Source of the DNA: a virus
Taxonomy: Duplodnaviria > Caudoviricetes
Strand: one strand, 5' to 3'
Virus record (IMG/VR): IMGVR_UViG_3300021468_000003
Location: 1 to 62,457 of that record
DNA length: 62,457 nucleotides
Shown piece after piece: positions 8,696-17,752 of this stretch. The position numbers were made by a program, and so were the translations under genes. The notes beneath the pieces are model-generated. The model saw nothing but the letters and a program-made list of their open reading frames with translations. It was not told the origin of the DNA and did not search any database. Within the stretch, counting starts at the first letter, position 1; every line of letters begins with the position of its first letter.

Positions 8696-9298
8696 GGGGT
8701 CTGTGTAAAAGACATGGTTCCCGAACCTCCCTAGACGATGGAGCTTGAGCCACCACCCGTGGGGCTTGAATGAGGTTGCGTGGTAGTAAAGTGGCCGCCC
8801 CACAAAATCTTCGAAAAGGTCAAGGTAAATGTTTGTGGCGATGCCAAAGTGTTCCTGCCAAATGGTGTCTTTGGTGCGCCACCTCCTTATCATTGCCTTC
8901 ACCCTCGGCTTCGATGAAAAACATGTGAACTGGTTTGGGGCCAACATCACTCCTCTCCACCCAACCCCGAAGTACCTCTTCCTCACCTCTACTCTGTTCC
9001 TCACCGTAAGTCCCACTCCTACCTTACTCTCCCAAGGCTCGCCCTCTGCTTCTCCGATCAACAACATTGTAAGCAGCTCGAGGTCACTGTATCTGTTGAA
9101 AACCGCCGTTTGTTTGTCGCACACCCTCCCCTTCATGGCACGCTCCAACCTAGACGCTGAAAGCTCGATATATTGGATGGCATCGTTGACTTCTTGAGTT
9201 GGCTCTTTGAGCTTGGTGGACGCAGTTGCGAGCCTGCGGCAGGCGAGTCTGAGCATTTGGGCCGTGTTCCCGACATGGTGTTTTTCTTCCTGCTTCAT
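8672..9298 (-). CDS. Endolysin, SleB/Hydrolase_2 cell-wall hydrolase
   Basis: LLTMLLIGEAEGE, VRNRV, PNQFTCF, LYYH, FGNHVFY. Confidence 0.85.
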   Translation of the reverse strand: MKQEEKHHVGNTAQMLRLACRRLATASTKLKEPTQEVNDAIQYIELSASRLERAMKGRVCDKQTAVFNRYSDLELLTMLLIGEAEGEPWESKVGVGLTVRNRVEVRKRYFGVGWRGVMLAPNQFTCFSSKPRVKAMIRRWRTKDTIWQEHFGIATNIYLDLFEDFVGRPLYYHATSFKPHGWWLKLHRLGRFGNHVFYTDPSAIKDLT

Positions 9299-9645
9299 CC
9301 CTCCCTCTCAACATCTACGGAAGCAATGTTTAACTTTGTGAGGATTGCCTGTACCATTCCTTTGACAGCGCAGATGTCTCCTTTCAGTTCCTTCCTTGTT
9401 GATGCGAGTTCCGTCTTCACTTCGTGTTTAAACTCCTCAAACTTTTCCTCAAGCCTATTTATTGTTTGGTCTCTCATCTCTAAATCCTTCTCGTGTAAGG
9501 CTTCAACTTTCTCTTGCATGTCTGCACATGCTCTCCTCATGTTTTTGCAGTCTTCCTTGAAGACAAATGTCCTCTTGAGAAGAGCTGCAACTGTGATAAA
9601 AACTGAAACGATTCCTATTGCTCCAGTAACGACCCAGTCTACCAT
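9295..9645 (-). CDS. Membrane-anchored coiled-coil protein in the lysis cassette
   Basis: N-terminal TM helix plus coiled coil; adjacent to the endolysin. Confidence 0.65.
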   Translation of the reverse strand: MVDWVVTGAIGIVSVFITVAALLKRTFVFKEDCKNMRRACADMQEKVEALHEKDLEMRDQTINRLEEKFEEFKHEVKTELASTRKELKGDICAVKGMVQAILTKLNIASVDVEREG

Positions 9646-9646
9646 T

Positions 9647-9811
9647 TTACTTCTTACCTGCCTGGTTTGCTAGTTTGTAATAGCCAAGCGCTGTAATCGC
9701 TATATACATCCAGTCCTGTGCTGTTATCTTTCCTGTTCCGCAGAGTATACTTCCAGCTATAAGAACCAGGATAGTGACCCAAAACTTGCGAAGATGTTTT
9801 GTCCAGTGCAT
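9647..9811 (-). CDS. Holin-like protein (54 aa, two TM helices)
   Basis: MHWTKHLRKFWVTILVLIAG...WMYIAITALGYYKLANQAGKK read by hand; RBS; basic C-terminus. Confidence 0.65.
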   Translation of the reverse strand: MHWTKHLRKFWVTILVLIAGSILCGTGKITAQDWMYIAITALGYYKLANQAGKK

Positions 9812-9812
9812 T

Positions 9813-10028
9813 TCAACCTCCAAAACGGATGATGACCCCGATCATGAACCCTACAATAAATTCAACGACGTCGCCTACGGTTGCAACGGGGTTTTCCGGT
9901 TCCTTGACCTCGTAAATTGTGTAACCGATGACGATGATGATGCCCAAATAAAACGGGATGATTGCAGCCAACGCCCCCAGGGTAGCGTGCCCCACTGATC
10001 GCTTGTCATCAAACAGATATGTCTTCAC
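9813..10028 (-). CDS. Small membrane protein
   Basis: GTG start after GAGG; hydrophobic segments. Confidence 0.55.
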   Translation of the reverse strand: MKTYLFDDKRSVGHATLGALAAIIPFYLGIIIVIGYTIYEVKEPENPVATVGDVVEFIVGFMIGVIIRFGG

Positions 10029-10275
10029 TTCCTCTCTCCATCTCTTGACGCATCTTTCCTTCGAGGTGGGCAATCTCCCTCTTCAAGTGTTCCCTTGCGA
10101 GGTAGTAGGCCATCTGAGCTAAGGAGTTGTCCACGTAGACTCCCTGCACTTCGCCCTCAAGCCTGATTTCTGCCTCCCCTTTGGTGGTTTCGAACTTCCT
10201 GAGTTGTTCGTACAGCCTCTGTATGTCTTTCTCTTCTCCGCAATTGCTACATCTTGCTATGCTTACATTTTTCAT
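10009..10275 (-). CDS. Hypothetical protein
   Basis: ORF with RBS and ATGA overlap. Confidence 0.6.
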   Translation of the reverse strand: MKNVSIARCSNCGEEKDIQRLYEQLRKFETTKGEAEIRLEGEVQGVYVDNSLAQMAYYLAREHLKREIAHLEGKMRQEMERGSEDISV

Positions 10276-10511
10276 TGCTCATCTCCTGTAGTTTTGTGGT
10301 TTAATCCAAAGAAACTTATCACTTTAGAAGCTACATTTTCTATTTCATCAACGTAACATTTAGGACAAGTTATTGCCATATTTACACAATCACCACAATG
10401 ACCTTTGGATTCTGCATCCTCCTTTAGTTCCTCCCATTTTTCTTTCCAATTCTCTAAAGTAAAACCGTCATAAGTCAAAAGACTTGCTATTATAAGTTCT
10501 TTTAAATCCAT
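10272..10511 (-). CDS. Cys-rich hypothetical protein
   Basis: HCGDC...CPKC; start site uncertain. Confidence 0.55.
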   Translation of the reverse strand: MDLKELIIASLLTYDGFTLENWKEKWEELKEDAESKGHCGDCVNMAITCPKCYVDEIENVASKVISFFGLNHKTTGDEQ

Positions 10512-10917
10512 ATTGCTCACCACTAACTTGCTCCTCTTCGGGTTAACAGTGGGAGTATATATGTGCATGCCACCACACCCGATTTTAAGGCTATATAGCC
10601 ACCTTGGTGATTTCGGCTGTAGTACCTTCCACCACCACAGTGGTAACACCAAGGCCGTGTTCTCCCTTGTGTGGTAGGGTCGCTGGTTAGGCGTCTTTCT
10701 TTTTCTGGCACGCACTTGCTCCTTTAATGTAGACTGGCCAGTGGTTGCAAACCCACGGGACGCCGGCCTTCTGCCTCCACTGAGGGGGATTCCCGACCAC
10801 TAGGGTCTAGCCAGGCCTTTTCAATTACAAGCTCGTTTTTATCATCGTTAACTGCTTCATAATCAACGATACAAGGTTTGCCTCTTCTTCTCTTTATCTT
10901 CACCTTGTTCTCCCTGA

Positions 10918-10987
10918 TGGAGCGGGCAACCGGACGAGTTGAACGTCCACATCACCTTGGAGGATGATGCCCAACCGTGGAGCCCGC
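10918..10987 (-). tRNA. tRNA-Gly-like element with degenerate D-arm (pseudo-tRNA)
   Basis: GCGGGC/GCCCGC acceptor stem with TCCA 3' end; T-arm GGACG-TTCAACT-CGTCC; stem CATCATC/GGTGATG around a TCC-containing loop. Confidence 0.55.
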
Positions 10988-10988
10988 C

Positions 10989-11294
10989 TTAATCCTTCTT
11001 CTGTAACAACCCAGCCACTATTGGCAATGCTATCTGCACCAGTTGTAACCATCCTCCACCTCCTGCACTACCAACTATGCCTGCAATCACGTTCATTACG
11101 TCCTTGACTTGTAGCTCACCGAGGTTGATACCTTGCTGATCCAGCAACTTGGCAATGGCGCTCAAGTCCAGTCCTTGCGGCTGGGCATAGAACTGTTGCT
11201 CACCAATCTTGATAGACCTGACTTGAGCTTCATCAGGAATATCCAACTGAGTCGAAATCACATGTGTAATTGTTATTTGTGCTTCTTGAGCCAT
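10989..11294 (-). CDS. Hypothetical protein
   Basis: ORF with RBS in the late operon. Confidence 0.7.
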   Translation of the reverse strand: MAQEAQITITHVISTQLDIPDEAQVRSIKIGEQQFYAQPQGLDLSAIAKLLDQQGINLGELQVKDVMNVIAGIVGSAGGGGWLQLVQIALPIVAGLLQKKD

Positions 11295-11605
11295 TATACC
11301 TCCCTCACAACTAAATGAAACTTATCCCAGACAATCCCATCAGTATTTGCTGAATCATACACCACAAGCCACACAACGTAGTGACCTTCTTCAAGCCCAA
11401 CACCCCCTAGATCTAGGACAACTTCACCTGTGGTTGATGGAGTAGTCCAGTCAAACGCTGAAGGATAATCCTGGGAGCTTATGGTTGTGTCATCCACAAC
11501 AAGTTCCATCTTCGTCACTGACGACAGATCGACAGCTTCGTCATCTGCCTTCAGTAACAGGTTTATCTCATTATCACGGTCATTATAGACTATCTCAGTT
11601 ATCAT
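11294..11605 (-). CDS. Putative virion protein (BppU N-terminal-like)
   Basis: AVDLS...GEVVLDL...GHY pattern; position among fibre genes. Confidence 0.55.
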   Translation of the reverse strand: MITEIVYNDRDNEINLLLKADDEAVDLSSVTKMELVVDDTTISSQDYPSAFDWTTPSTTGEVVLDLGGVGLEEGHYVVWLVVYDSANTDGIVWDKFHLVVREV

Positions 11606-11614
11606 AATTCACCC

Positions 11615-12421
11615 TTAGTCTAAGCTCACGTCGAAGTCTCCAGCAGCAAATCTGTACGTGTCGCCATCTCCCACTGACTGGTCGGTGACTCCATTATCGT
11701 AGAAGAGCATGTTACCTGCCGAGGATGCGTCAACGAGAGCTGTTGCTACTATTGTCCCCCAAGAACCTCCTGATGCAGGACCGAGGTCTATGTTGTCGTC
11801 GTTGTCTGTTGTGCCTCCGCTGGCTGTTCCCCAAGTTGGCGCTGAACCTCCGTTTGGGTTGACTAACTTTCTTGCATAACCATTTCCTGATGGCTCAGTA
11901 ATGGTAGAACCTGTGTCATTGTCACTAATCGTAGCAGTTGTAAGCGCAACATATGTAGATGGAGCAGAATATGACTGGTTGCGGAAAGCAAAGTCAAGGA
12001 GCTTATTAGCAAGGTAATCTGAGATATACCCGCTGCTGAACTCAACGTAGACTTCCCCTGATGCAACAGATGGGGTATTCCCGTTTACAACAGTCTTAGA
12101 TGAAGCTAGAGACCCGTGGGCAAGCATGTTCCCACTTGTTGCTGCATCAAAAAGTGCCCAGTGGGTGATTGTGCCCCAGTCTCCTGTCGCTTGGTCAAAT
12201 GTCACGTCTGCATTTTGTGTGACTCTCCTAGAAGAGGCTGCCCCAAAGGTTATCGCTTTTCTACTATACCCGTTTCCTGATGGCTCCGCCAAACCGGAGG
12301 CATCATCCAGTGGGTCAGCTGTTGACAGCCCCAAGTAAACAGTGGTTGGAGGACTGTAAGCGTCCTGATTGAGGACATGATTTAGGAGTTTATCTTCAAG
12401 GTAATTGGCTATAGATCCCAT
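11615..12421 (-). CDS. Virion fibre/structural protein made of two tandem homologous domains
   Basis: YL..KLL...EPSGNGY.RK...WGTI...DA...GNML repeated twice. Confidence 0.75.
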   Translation of the reverse strand: MGSIANYLEDKLLNHVLNQDAYSPPTTVYLGLSTADPLDDASGLAEPSGNGYSRKAITFGAASSRRVTQNADVTFDQATGDWGTITHWALFDAATSGNMLAHGSLASSKTVVNGNTPSVASGEVYVEFSSGYISDYLANKLLDFAFRNQSYSAPSTYVALTTATISDNDTGSTITEPSGNGYARKLVNPNGGSAPTWGTASGGTTDNDDNIDLGPASGGSWGTIVATALVDASSAGNMLFYDNGVTDQSVGDGDTYRFAAGDFDVSLD

Positions 12422-12422
12422 C

Positions 12423-13484
12423 TTAAATCTCCTCTATCGTTCTTGTCTGAGTTAAGGATTCTATCGTTCTTGTTTGAGTTAAGGATTCAATTGTTGTATC
12501 TATAATTAAGCCCAATCCTGTTGTAACCAGGTTGATTGCGCTTGTTAGTGTTTGTGCATCTATGTCAGCAGTTGCCTGTTTGAGGACGGCTAAAAGTGCC
12601 TCTGATGTGGTTGTCTCTGCTTGGATGGATGCGGTTAGCAAGTGAATAATCGTGAGTGCTGCTTCGGCTGTAGCTGTCGAAACTGCGATCTGCGCTTGTC
12701 CTAGTTTCACGATCACAAGATCAACGTCATTTGAGGTAGCTGTAGCAACTTGGATGGATGCTGAAAGAGAGTAGAGAAGCCCCAAAATAGCTGAACTCGT
12801 GATTATTTGTGCTTGGACGTCCGCTTGGCCTGTACGTGTGACCGCAAGGATTGGTTCTGATGAAGTTGTTTGTGCCAGGACGTTGGCAATAGCTGTTATT
12901 ATCCCTGCAATTGAAAGCTCTACTGAGTCAGAGGCAAATGTCTGAGCGTTGATGACTGCTGCTAATTCTCTGATGACGTTCAGACCGGCGGTGCTTGTAG
13001 TTGTTTCTGCTAAGATGTTTGCAACACCAGTAACCAGTCCACTGACAAGCAGTTCTACATCGTCTGGAGTAGCTGTTTGTGTTTGGATGTCTACTACAAC
13101 ACCTCTTATAATTTCAAGAAGTGCTGATGATGTTGTGCTTTGGCTGAGAATGCTTGCTAGAGCTGTTCGCAGGATGTTCAATGCAATAGTCGATGTATTC
13201 GAAACAGCTTGAATGTCTGCGATAGCTGTTAGAAGCAGGCTCAGATCTGGAGTTGAAGTTGCTGTTTGTGTTTGAATCGAAGCTGATAACTTCCTCAGAA
13301 CAGCTAAGACAGCGTCATTTGTGTCTGTTGAAGCTTGGATATCTGCACTTCCAGTTATTACCCCTCCTCCAGCCTCCTCATAATACGTCTTTACCTGCCC
13401 CCAGACAAGGCTGTACCCATCAGGAGGTTCTTCGTCCTGTCGTATGAGTTGTCCCCAAGCTAATATGTAATCAACGTAAGCCAT
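12423..13484 (-). CDS. Ala/Thr/Ile-rich repeat virion protein
   Basis: About 22-26-aa repeats (A.IQ.QT.TS...L); 27-nt tandem repeat near the C-terminus (IESLTQTRT x2). Confidence 0.75.
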   Translation of the reverse strand: MAYVDYILAWGQLIRQDEEPPDGYSLVWGQVKTYYEEAGGGVITGSADIQASTDTNDAVLAVLRKLSASIQTQTATSTPDLSLLLTAIADIQAVSNTSTIALNILRTALASILSQSTTSSALLEIIRGVVVDIQTQTATPDDVELLVSGLVTGVANILAETTTSTAGLNVIRELAAVINAQTFASDSVELSIAGIITAIANVLAQTTSSEPILAVTRTGQADVQAQIITSSAILGLLYSLSASIQVATATSNDVDLVIVKLGQAQIAVSTATAEAALTIIHLLTASIQAETTTSEALLAVLKQATADIDAQTLTSAINLVTTGLGLIIDTTIESLTQTRTIESLTQTRTIEEI

Positions 13485-15061
13485 TAGCTAACATCCACTT
13501 TTGGGTCTAGTGCCACGTAACACCCGCTGGTGTTGTATTTCTTGAGCTTAATTTTAAAGTAGACTGTTCCAGCTTGAGCTGGATTTACAGTAATCGACAG
13601 ATCATGCCAACCATCGTCGTCATATACAGAAGGATTGGCAGTTGCATACGCTCTATGTGCCCCGCTCGATTCGTCTAAATACCAAGCCTCCACTTCAAGG
13701 TCTGTTGCATCAAGACTCATATTTACAGGATAGAACTTCCAAGTGTATGTCTTTGAACCGGAGGCTTGATAACGTTGCTCAGTATATTCTAACGGCATGT
13801 TAGACGAACAGTTAGAACTAGGACTCAATTTGATAAATGTTGATGCTCCAGATGGTGGATCAATTGTTGCTGTCTCATCCAAGTTGTATATCTCCCCTCG
13901 TCCATCCCACCAATGAAACTTATCACTGTCGCCGTTATACCCAGATATTGCTATATAGCCCTGTTTCCAAGTATCATAATCGTCTGACCCTGCGTTTAGG
14001 TCAACCTTATTAGTACTGTTCAGGAGTACATTTTCTCCATGTACACAACCTATCGAATAAGCATGTCTAGCAATATCTGCCCCTGCAAAAGGTTGAATCC
14101 TACCGAAAGTGCAATTCTTGAGTCGTATGTTACATCCAGTAGTTATGCCGTAAGAAGTAATTCCGCTCTTGGCTTGCAAATGCACATTTTCCAATTCAAC
14201 CGTAATTGACCAATTTGTATAAAACGACAAAGCCCCTAAGTATCTTGCGGTGTCGGAAAAATCGTAACCATAGATCTTTTTAGCTATAAGCCCTCTTTGT
14301 TGCGAGTATGTTAGGATGCCATCAGCAGTATCAAAAACACAGTTGATGCATTTGTTGGGAAAGCCTCTTTGATAAAAAATTCTGTTTGTGACGTTCCTAG
14401 CTCTGAAGTTGTATAATTGCCAATATGGCTCCTCAAATCTGAAAATATTAGCTATAGACCCTCCTCCATCTAACACTGGTCTTGGATTATTATCACTATC
14501 CCATCCAGATGGAGCTGTAGGACGATCATCATAAAACTCAGATTTAAGCTCGATGGTATATTGGTCACCAGAAGCAATGTTGTTTGGCAACGGAAAATCA
14601 AGATAAATCTTGTCGTTAGTGGCATCAAACCAGATAACCCTTCTACTCAGACCATTATTATTACCGGATGTAAACGTAACTGTAGCACCCAGCCAGTAGT
14701 TGTCATTTTCTGTTAAGGCAGAATCAACAAATTGCCATTGTGCATTATTGAAACCAAGGTTATCCGTGCCTGATGGAACACTATCAACTGTGTAACCGGT
14801 ATGTGTGACCTTTATCGGCCACCCAATCAAAAGATGTGGGTATTTGATATTTCCAGCATTGGCTGGTTGTATTACTCCAGATAAGCTAATATTGCTACTT
14901 AGGTTCCTAGTCCAGATAATGTATCTAGCAGACTCCGAAGATGGATTGTTGGGCGCTTGATCGCAGGCATAATCAATGTCATTATAAGGGTTAGATGAGC
15001 TACCATCTCCGTTGCTTGATTGGCTAGTATCCACAAACTTGTGTGTTCCAGTAAGTGCCAT
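13484..15061 (-). CDS. Putative receptor-binding or beta-helix virion protein
   Basis: FVD...GDGSSSNPY motif; AT-rich; beta-rich composition. Confidence 0.65.
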   Translation of the reverse strand: MALTGTHKFVDTSQSSNGDGSSSNPYNDIDYACDQAPNNPSSESARYIIWTRNLSSNISLSGVIQPANAGNIKYPHLLIGWPIKVTHTGYTVDSVPSGTDNLGFNNAQWQFVDSALTENDNYWLGATVTFTSGNNNGLSRRVIWFDATNDKIYLDFPLPNNIASGDQYTIELKSEFYDDRPTAPSGWDSDNNPRPVLDGGGSIANIFRFEEPYWQLYNFRARNVTNRIFYQRGFPNKCINCVFDTADGILTYSQQRGLIAKKIYGYDFSDTARYLGALSFYTNWSITVELENVHLQAKSGITSYGITTGCNIRLKNCTFGRIQPFAGADIARHAYSIGCVHGENVLLNSTNKVDLNAGSDDYDTWKQGYIAISGYNGDSDKFHWWDGRGEIYNLDETATIDPPSGASTFIKLSPSSNCSSNMPLEYTEQRYQASGSKTYTWKFYPVNMSLDATDLEVEAWYLDESSGAHRAYATANPSVYDDDGWHDLSITVNPAQAGTVYFKIKLKKYNTSGCYVALDPKVDVS

Positions 15062-15528
15062 TAGTCATCTACCTCAATGAATTTCTTGGTTAACACTACT
15101 TCCTTTACTTCGTCAAAGCTCTTTGCCTTTAGTTTATCCATCACTAGCTTGTACATCTTGTCAAAGGCGAAAACCGAGTTTCCAAAACGTTTATCATACC
15201 AAGCCTTAAGCCCGCTATCATCAATGGTTGTCTTGTTTGATCTAATGTACTGAACCATTTCACTGATGATCTGCCTATATTCATCACCCAGTTCATCTCG
15301 GATGTCCTCATTAAGAGGGTTGTCCTCAAAGGCTTGCTGAACACCAAGTTCAGCTAGAAATAGTGCCTTCATCTCTTCCATCCAGTCACTAGGTGGAGAT
15401 TCATCGCCTTCGGTGTAGGGATGGTAGAACGTTCTGTTTGCAATATTGCCGTTGTCCCTTGCTTCCAAGTCGTATCTCCAAAGCCTTCCTTCATGCTCAT
15501 AACTTTCCCCTGTTATCTTGTATGCCAT
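15061..15528 (-). CDS. Hypothetical protein
   Basis: 155-aa ORF with RBS. Confidence 0.7.
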   Translation of the reverse strand: MAYKITGESYEHEGRLWRYDLEARDNGNIANRTFYHPYTEGDESPPSDWMEEMKALFLAELGVQQAFEDNPLNEDIRDELGDEYRQIISEMVQYIRSNKTTIDDSGLKAWYDKRFGNSVFAFDKMYKLVMDKLKAKSFDEVKEVVLTKKFIEVDD

Positions 15529-15538
15529 GTTATCCTCC

Positions 15539-15865
15539 CTATTTCACTCCTGTCCCTGATGGTTTCTCTGGTGCTAGCCAGTCTGAGTTATAGAAAACAC
15601 CGGCATCTGTTCTTATTGACTCGCCAAAGTCATTGTATGCGGATGCTCTAATGAGAACTAGCTGGTGGTCTGGTACTGTGAGTGTGTAGGTGGTTACGTT
15701 GCCTACGTCTGTACCAGCATCCCACGTTTGGCCGTTGTCGGTCGAGATATAGAGCTTGTACCCTGTTGCTCCCTCGGATGCGTCCCACTGAAGGGTTATG
15801 TCTGCTGCTGATGCAAACGAAACAAAACTGAAAGCTAAAATTGTAAATAGTAGAATCTTCCTCAT
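15539..15865 (-). CDS. Secreted fibronectin type III-like protein
   Basis: Signal peptide ending ASA; TLQWDAS...GYKLY...VGNVTTYT...AYN..GES. Confidence 0.8.
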   Translation of the reverse strand: MRKILLFTILAFSFVSFASAADITLQWDASEGATGYKLYISTDNGQTWDAGTDVGNVTTYTLTVPDHQLVLIRASAYNDFGESIRTDAGVFYNSDWLAPEKPSGTGVK

Positions 15866-15866
15866 C

Positions 15867-15968
15867 TTATCCTCCTAGTACATCCTCTGCATATGCCACC
15901 CTTTCCCATCCCACCACAGGCAACAGCAAAAGCATCATCAAGGTTACGAGAAAAAACACTCTCTTCAT
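15867..15968 (-). CDS. 33-aa ORF that is almost entirely signal peptide
   Basis: MKRVFFLVTLMMLLLLPVVGWERVAYA/EDVLGG; GGAGG RBS. Confidence 0.55.
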   Translation of the reverse strand: MKRVFFLVTLMMLLLLPVVGWERVAYAEDVLGG

Positions 15969-15981
15969 TCAAGCCTCCACG

Positions 15982-16007
15982 AGCAAATTGTCAGCAAACA
16001 AATTGCT
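15982..16007. promoter_or_regulatory. 26-bp palindromic motif, copy 3
   Basis: AGCAAATTG-tcagcaaa-CAAATTGCT upstream of the RBS of the 15968 ORF. Confidence 0.6.
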
Positions 16008-16485
16008 ACGGATAATAAACATCAAACACAATCGTAATAGTTGCCTTCTTCGAGTCTCCCATGTTGGAGAGGGAGATTGTCATGCTGTCCCAAACATGAG
16101 TCCAGTCAAGGTAGATGCTGGTTGTGGTACTGTTACTTAAGTTTGTTCCCTGTCCGCCTGTAAGAATCTCTCTTCCATTGCTATCAGTTATGCTTAAATC
16201 AAAGTTATCATTGGGAGTGTCTGTTCCATCTGGATCAACAACCACACAGCTATGACCAGCTATGTCCAGCATTCCCAGGTCTCTGATAGTGATGGAGGCG
16301 TCACCTGAGCCGTCAGATGTGGCCTCAAGCTCCAGCTTATACCTACGGGTGTTCCGATAATGATGAAGCCCGTCCGCTGGGTCTGAGGGACTCCACGTCC
16401 CACTCGCTACCGTGTAGTTGCTCATAAAAGCGTAACATGGGGTTACTAAAAGTACCAGTAAGATCAGTGTTAGAAGTTTTTTCAT
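16006..16485 (-). CDS. Secreted hypothetical protein
   Basis: Signal peptide MKKLLTLILLVLLVTPCYA. Confidence 0.7.
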   Translation of the reverse strand: MKKLLTLILLVLLVTPCYAFMSNYTVASGTWSPSDPADGLHHYRNTRRYKLELEATSDGSGDASITIRDLGMLDIAGHSCVVVDPDGTDTPNDNFDLSITDSNGREILTGGQGTNLSNSTTTSIYLDWTHVWDSMTISLSNMGDSKKATITIVFDVYYP

Positions 16486-16497
16486 TTTACTCTCCTG

Positions 16498-17541
16498 TTA
16501 ATAACTGTTACTTGACTTAAATGTTATACCTTTTGTACTGTCTATAATGGGTTTTGCGCAAGCTCCATAACTAAGGTTACCAACGATAACGCCATTACTT
16601 ATACGCTTAGCGTCGTTATGTATAGCGCTAATGATACTACTGGGATCACTATTGTGAAAGTCATTCCCGGTAATGTTTAATCCCAAGACTGTTCCCTCAA
16701 GATATATAGCATGTGGCTTTCCGTAAAAGTTGAAAAAGTTATTACGGATGTTAAACTGAACAACTACTGATGTTGGTAAACTTCGTATTGCTACTGCGTC
16801 TTGCTTTGCTATGCATGTCTCACAATGGTTGGATACGAAGTTGATAAGATCACCACGATCTACAGTTAAAATATCACCGTACATATTTCCGGCGTTGGCA
16901 AAGTTATTATGTGTTATCCAGATAGAATACTTGCCCTGACTATCTAAGTAAATGGCACAGTTCTTACAATCAATGATACGGTTGTTGGTTATGTGTGTGC
17001 CGTCAGCATTGCCCACAAGAATACCAATATTAACACGCCTGATCGTATTGTGCTCTATTACTGAACATTGGCCACTTTCTTGAAGAACAATTGCTTTATC
17101 TAAGTAGGCGAAACCGCAATCATGAATCTTAACCATGCGTACATAGCCTGATGATACGATTCCTTTTGCTTTATAGCATGTCTTACTCCCCTTGAAGAAT
17201 ATTCCATCAATCTCTACAGCCCCTTTGCCAACTAATGTTACAATGGCGTTTGACCTTGCCCATAAAACAACACCAAACTTGTTATCTAGATTGAGATCTC
17301 TACCAAAGACTGGTGTTTCTGCTTTGAGGACATAACCTCCAGGTAGATTAATTGGCGTTTTTATTTCATATATCCCATCCTTGATAGTTATGCAACCGCT
17401 GTTGCCTAAAAAGGTGACAGCATTGTTTACTTTCTCGCCAATGTCACCCCCGGGCATATCGTTAGCACAGATAACAGCAGCAGTACTTATAATTGGCAAT
17501 AATAAGAGTACTAACATAAGGACAAATATTTTCTTTTTCAT
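16498..17541 (-). CDS. Pectin-lyase-like right-handed beta-helix protein with signal peptide
   Basis: I..N.I repeats; DGIYEIKTPI; N-terminal signal peptide. Confidence 0.75.
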   Translation of the reverse strand: MKKKIFVLMLVLLLLPIISTAAVICANDMPGGDIGEKVNNAVTFLGNSGCITIKDGIYEIKTPINLPGGYVLKAETPVFGRDLNLDNKFGVVLWARSNAIVTLVGKGAVEIDGIFFKGSKTCYKAKGIVSSGYVRMVKIHDCGFAYLDKAIVLQESGQCSVIEHNTIRRVNIGILVGNADGTHITNNRIIDCKNCAIYLDSQGKYSIWITHNNFANAGNMYGDILTVDRGDLINFVSNHCETCIAKQDAVAIRSLPTSVVVQFNIRNNFFNFYGKPHAIYLEGTVLGLNITGNDFHNSDPSSIISAIHNDAKRISNGVIVGNLSYGACAKPIIDSTKGITFKSSNSY

Positions 17542-17542
17542 G

Positions 17543-17752
17543 CTATCTCCTTAATGTTGAATGCAAGATATATGCTACAACCTTCAAGATTTCCTTCAAG
17601 ATTGTCTTAAGATCATTTAATGATGTAACGTTGCTGTCTACCCATTCATCTATATCACCGGGTGAAAGTGTCACAAGATGTTTCAACATTGAGCTTTTAT
17701 CAATGCTTTCTCTAACCTTCTGTTGCGGTGTTGCCCTGATATCAAGTCGCAT
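17543..17752 (-). CDS. Hypothetical protein
   Basis: Overlapping ORF in the tail operon. Confidence 0.6.
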   Translation of the reverse strand: MRLDIRATPQQKVRESIDKSSMLKHLVTLSPGDIDEWVDSNVTSLNDLKTILKEILKVVAYILHSTLRR

